Below, piece after piece: positions 47,159-51,667 of a stretch of DNA of 51,667 nucleotides. The notes under the pieces were generated by a model. The model searched no databases. It was not told the DNA's origin and saw only the letters and a list, made by a program, of their open reading frames with translations. Made by a program: the position numbers and the translations under genes. Position 1 is the stretch's first letter. Each line of letters opens with the position of its first letter. The stretch comes from Nemertoderma westbladi. Its lineage: Eukaryota > Animalia > Xenacoelomorpha. The stretch lies in contig JAUCBJ010008766.1 of NCBI GenBank assembly GCA_032718475.1, forward strand, positions 1-51,667, in the 5' to 3' direction.

Positions 47159-48209
47159 GGAGATTCAGCCTCCCACGTCTCGGAGTAGCGATAGCGACTA
47201 CATATTGGAATGGTATCAAGGTCCTCAGTGTCTTACTGCGTATGATTATCGCCATGCCAATTATGTTTCCAGACAACGTTGTCGGCTGTGCGCATCGAGA
47301 GACCATATTACGTCTATGGATACCAACGATCTCTGTTCCTATTTCCACGAACAACCGTCGATGGAAATCTATTGTGCATATTGTCGGCTTAATAATTTGC
47401 ACATTTTTGCTGTCTGCCCCCAATTTATGACTCAATGTCATCATTGTCAATTAAAAGGACACGCCAGCTTTGATTGTCCCTTTAACCATGATTTAGAGAG
47501 CGTAGATGAAATGATTGTACTACGTTATATCAGAGCTTGGGAAGCGAACGCTGATTTACATTGTGACTCACGCCATCGCTATTATCCCGGACGCGCCTAC
47601 GAAGGAGTTTATGCGTTCCATCCATATTTGTTTGCCTCCGTCGAGCAGAAATCGCGCCTATCAAGTTATGAACTATTGAAGCGCGTTGGAGAATGTATTT
47701 CAACCAAATATGTGCGTAAATTTCTCAGGAGCATTAATCCGAGTGACATCCAGTCTTACAACTTAATAAACTTTATCCGTCAAGACCCTGCCTATGGAGA
47801 CTTATTCGTCAACTCACACCCTGAGTTACAAGAGGTATATCGACGGCCTTACGAGTATCGAGCCCGCGAACGCGAGTTAGAAAGAACCATTAAACCAAGG
47901 AAGTTTCTAACTGCCTATGGTCCACCCACGGCCCTCGTTCAGACCACTCGTAAAGGACCCGTAAGAGCGGCTGTCTTGAAACGAGCTCTCAAAGCCGTTA
48001 GACCCCTCTCCCCGGACGTTGATGTCCATCAACCCGGTACTTCGACCGGCGGATATACCGATCGCAATCCCATACCTTCTGATGCAATCATATTGCACCC
48101 TTCACCCAGGAGTTATAGCCCTCCTAGTAAAGTGGCTCGCCCCAAAGAGAAAAGGACTCTTGCTAGCTTCAAAAAACTGCGTAAACGCCGTCCGCGCAAG
48201 AAAGACTAA
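47100..48209 (+). CDS. accessory ORF-b, Cys/His (Zn-knuckle-like) protein with basic C-terminus
   Basis: Frame open from ~47100; CRLCASRDH, CAYCRLNNLHIFAVC, CHHCQLKGHASFDC (CX2CX4HX4C); ends KKLRKRRPRKKD 78 bp before the 3' LTR; no ATG near the start of the frame. Confidence 0.7.
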   Translation: MTKILFVTDWEDEPICLESEEIQPPTSRSSDSDYILEWYQGPQCLTAYDYRHANYVSRQRCRLCASRDHITSMDTNDLCSYFHEQPSMEIYCAYCRLNNLHIFAVCPQFMTQCHHCQLKGHASFDCPFNHDLESVDEMIVLRYIRAWEANADLHCDSRHRYYPGRAYEGVYAFHPYLFASVEQKSRLSSYELLKRVGECISTKYVRKFLRSINPSDIQSYNLINFIRQDPAYGDLFVNSHPELQEVYRRPYEYRARERELERTIKPRKFLTAYGPPTALVQTTRKGPVRAAVLKRALKAVRPLSPDVDVHQPGTSTGGYTDRNPIPSDAIILHPSPRSYSPPSKVARPKEKRTLASFKKLRKRRPRKKD

Positions 48210-48287
48210 CTGTTTAGAGTATTTTTGTATTTTAGAAACTGTGATTTTGTATATTTTATAGACTTAAATCCCATTTTCTGGGAGCGG

Positions 48288-49497
48288 TGTAAAAGCTTTT
48301 GTGGGATAACTGATACGTTTGCCTATGCTGGCCAGTTCCCCCCAGGCGCTGGAATACTCTAAAAAAGGTTTTCTAACTGTATATATATTCCCCTCGCCCG
48401 CAAGGTACCTTTACAGGTGTTTTAACGGACATAAAAATCATTCTGCTATATACGTGTTTTAGCGGACATGGTAAGACAAAAAACTTGTAATGCATCAACC
48501 ACCTTTCACAGTTTAGCCGTGATGATTCATATTACGACATCTAGCAGCTGGTTGCTGACATGGAAACAGCCATTGGCCGCGTGGTTCTTTGTTTGGCTTG
48601 GGCCAATCAGGGCGGTTTTTCCTGTCGACGTGTAGCTTTTCTGCCGATCATAAGGAGAGTGTTCAGTCTTACTGTTTTTTCTTGATACTTTGTTGTTATT
48701 GCTGTCTAAGCCAGAAACACCGGCATTTTTGGATAGATACTGCTGTACCGTAAACTGCTTGAATTATCGAAAGTATAAACTGTTACCTAACTAACTCATT
48801 AATCATATTGTTTGTACTGTTATTTTACCGTCAGTTATTAATTGTAAATATTTGTTGATGGAAATATCGCTATTTGGATAATACGGATAAATCACCCAAT
48901 TCCCAATTTTCTTGATAACACTACAGGTTAGAGAGACCGGCTATACATAACAATTGCGATTTATATTAATGTGGTGTGTATTGAATCCAATGTTATTTAG
49001 CAGACCCTACGTGAGTCAATTACTGCTCTCTTTATGTGTGATCAAATGTACTGACTGTCGGCAGAATAGTGTGTATGATTGTGATTGGTAACAAAGTATT
49101 TCCTAAAGAATACGTTTTATACTTTAATCATAAGCAGTATCGTTGCGTTTAGTATAAGTCTTAGTTCTGTTTAAATAGATAAAGCGCCACGTCCTAAAGG
49201 AACTGTTAATATTTCCCGAAAGCCAATAATATCTGTCAGAGATTAATTATTAACGATCTATCGAATAATACAGTAAGTTTACACTGCAACCTTACACTGT
49301 AATAATACAATTCAAGCATCCGAATTCAGTCTCCCGGGTGTAGATCCATCGGGTGAATGATCGCGCATGGGCTGATTTCGGCTAATGTTTTGCGTATTAG
49401 CATAAATTATTGTCGTATGCTAAAGTGGTTTTAATTAACTAAAAGACATATAAAATTTGGCAGGTTAAACTGCTAAAGGTCTTCAAAAGCGCGAACA
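48288..49497 (+). repeat. 3' LTR of element B
   Basis: Direct repeat of 35730-36939, followed by TSD AGTTG. Confidence 0.97.
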
Positions 49498-51178
49498 AGT
49501 TGTTTTAACATTAACAACCTTCCACCACTTTAGAACAATTTCTATAAATAAAGCAGTATCCGCGGTGGTAGAAGATAGACTGAGAATACGCAGCGCAGCT
49601 ACTGTCTTCTCGTTGAATACACGCAGGCACAGTTGTATTGAAGTATGCTCGCTGTATTGAAGTCGGCCAAACCGAATCGTGATTAAGTTTTGTAAGTTTC
49701 AACAAGTTGGTTTTCTCAGCATTAAATAGTAGAACAATATCTGACCAACAGGCACATCGAGTTGTTTTTGAAACATCATCAGGATCAAAAAATTCAAGTT
49801 TCTGTAATTTTTCCGTTATCCAGTTATTTCTAATCAATTTAAGGAGATGCACGGTATCCTTCAGGTGTAATAACGGGGTTGGCGGGGATCGTCCAACCGG
49901 AATAGGAAAATCGTGCGCAAACTTACGATTCACATTAGTGTTGTCAGTAATAGTTGCCAATACAATACCCCCAAATTCTTCGATCGAATTAATGGCATTC
50001 TTTACAACGGTCACTTGGAATGCAGAATCTAGCGAATTAATTGGTATCATTTTTACAACAAACTTGATGTTCGTGAACAAAAACTTCACCATGAGACACA
50101 AAAGAGTCTTCGCCATTTCGTCGGGTTTGTCAAGAGCCTTGCCGTAAACCTCTCCACTGTGGTAGGTCAATTGTTCACTAACATAGACTTCATCGATTAA
50201 TATAATTGAGTACTTTGATCGAGGTTGAAGTTTCGCTAACATTGATTTAATGTAATCGTTTTGAGGGACATTGCTCACCATAGAAGTTAGCGCTTGCAGG
50301 GTGCGTATTGACGGCAGTTGTAGCAAGTCTCTCAATTCAATGTATAATCGACGAGATTTAGAATACAAGTGAAACGCGGTAATTAAATCATACCTCGAAT
50401 AAATTCGACGATTTTTCGGAATATTAAGTAATTCTATTTGATGAAGGATAAAGTTCCATTTGGAACGATTAGTTTCATCATCTTCTTTCTCTTCCTGGTC
50501 ATGTTTAATAAATCGTATGAGTTCCTCAAGCTCACTCCACATAAGGATATTTCGAATAAATGGATGTATAACCTTCCTTAATCCATAGAAACATCTGAGA
50601 TTGGCAGATTCTATATTTGTAGCTGTAGGTAAAGCATTCAAGTGGAGAGACCATAAGGCATAGGGGGTATCAAGGTTTCTTTCTATACTAGATATATAAA
50701 ATACGTCGTCATGTAATGTAATATCGGCAACGTCAGAGTAGCGCTTGGAAAACTCACCCAAGAATGTGGGGAATGTAATTGAATCGCGTTGTTTAAACTC
50801 AAGCATTTCATCTACCCCAGGAGACCGCACTTCGACTGTAGTCTTTGTAGAACTTGGTCGGGGAGGCGGTGGTGGCGTGGGTATGCAGGTTGGCGGAACG
50901 TTCGGAAATATGCTGGGAGGATGTATCGGCACTCTGGATCCCCCCTGCACGCCTTTAGTTTCTACACCAGGCGGCCAATGCACTGAACAGATTCCCATAT
51001 TTTTTGTAACATCTTCTGGCTTAACGATATTCGGTAGGCGTTGCAACCAGGCTTGCAATGCAAGTGGATCAGTTGGAAAGCGATATATTGGAATTTTTGT
51101 CTCCCCTGCTCCTAGAGTTCCATCCTTGAGTTTATCGTATCCAGTTCGGCAACCTCCAACACTACATTTCCTCGGCAT
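49498..51178 (-). pseudogene. N-terminal half of THAP/P-element transposase (THAP9-like), with a frameshift near 49645
   Basis: THAP domain MPRKCSVGGC...FP...W...ICSVHW; LPSIRTL; ILIDEVYV; TITDNTNVN; KDTVHLLKLIRNN; the conserved QLCLRVFNEKTVAAL...WWKVVNVK continues in a shifted frame. Confidence 0.93.
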
Positions 51179-51667
51179 ATTCAATATCAACTCGGCCTTA
51201 TACAATTATACAAATTGCGACAACCAGAATACAGGAATACAGCAATATCAGAATTTACTTTAAGGCAGCTAGCTATTCAATAAGCCATGCCTACTTTCGG
51301 CCTACCCACCCCGTACCCGCTAACCTGTCTACTTTATGACTTTATTAATTAGCTAATTAGCCGCAGAACTGTTAGGCTAGGCCTATTGCTGTAATGAAAC
51401 AGTAAAAGCCAGAAAGCTGAAATTCATTATACTGTTATATCAGCAACAGGTGCCTGACTGCCTGAGTACCGGTACTGTTATACACAACAGCGCAAACTGG
51501 TACAGAGAGAGCACTGCCTGAGTGCTGCACTAGCTGATGCGTAATTTTAGTAATCTTGTGTGATTTAAAATCTTAGGTATACACACTCCCACTTTAATAA
51601 AAATGTTCAGCCTCCAATAATTGGAGGCCAATTCTCGCTGCATGACCTGTTATTTAGTACACCTTGG

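Larger units (their letters stand above)
35730..49497 (+). mobile_element. non-autonomous BEL/Pao LTR retrotransposon, element B (13,768 bp)
   Basis: 1210-bp LTRs differing at only a few positions; TSD AGTTG (35725-35729 and 49498-49502); colinear with element A but lacking RT, most of RH and IN. Confidence 0.97.
34024..51666 (-). mobile_element. P-superfamily (THAP9-like) DNA transposon, ~3.9 kb once element B is removed
   Basis: ~125-bp TIRs starting CAAGGTGTACTAAATAACAGG (34024-34147 and 51541-51666); THAP transposase inside; base 51667 (G) fits the first base of an 8-bp TSD GATCATAC (34016-34023). Confidence 0.92.

Noticed and set aside
47100-48209. env gene
   Set aside because: No signal peptide, transmembrane anchor or fusion-protein features seen; Zn-knuckle motifs and a basic tail instead

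Overview
AT-rich eukaryotic (probably invertebrate animal) DNA made almost entirely of nested transposable elements; no host gene is recognisable. Two related, recently inserted BEL/Pao LTR retrotransposons dominate. Element A (5055-23046, 18 kb, TSD CCACC) has an intact 2699-aa Gag-Pol. Element B (35730-49497, TSD AGTTG) keeps Gag and protease, has lost RT, most of RNase H and the integrase by two in-frame deletions, and carries an extra Zn-knuckle ORF. The end of a third LTR subfamily lies at 1-128. B sits inside a THAP/P-element transposon (34024-51666), which sits inside a pogo DD35D transposase, which abuts a decayed CR1/L2-group LINE interrupted by a piggyBac-type MITE. The main observation is that neither BEL element has a tRNA primer-binding site. 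The 12-13 nt directly after each 5' LTR differ between the elements, yet each is the perfect reverse complement of a site inside its own LTR, and a second covarying U5-leader duplex is also present. This suggests Tf1-like self-primed reverse transcription in a BEL/Pao lineage. The elements also carry covarying RNA structures in the leader and 3' region, and A holds an antisense copy of a B-type leader repeat. All alignments and folds were done by eye.
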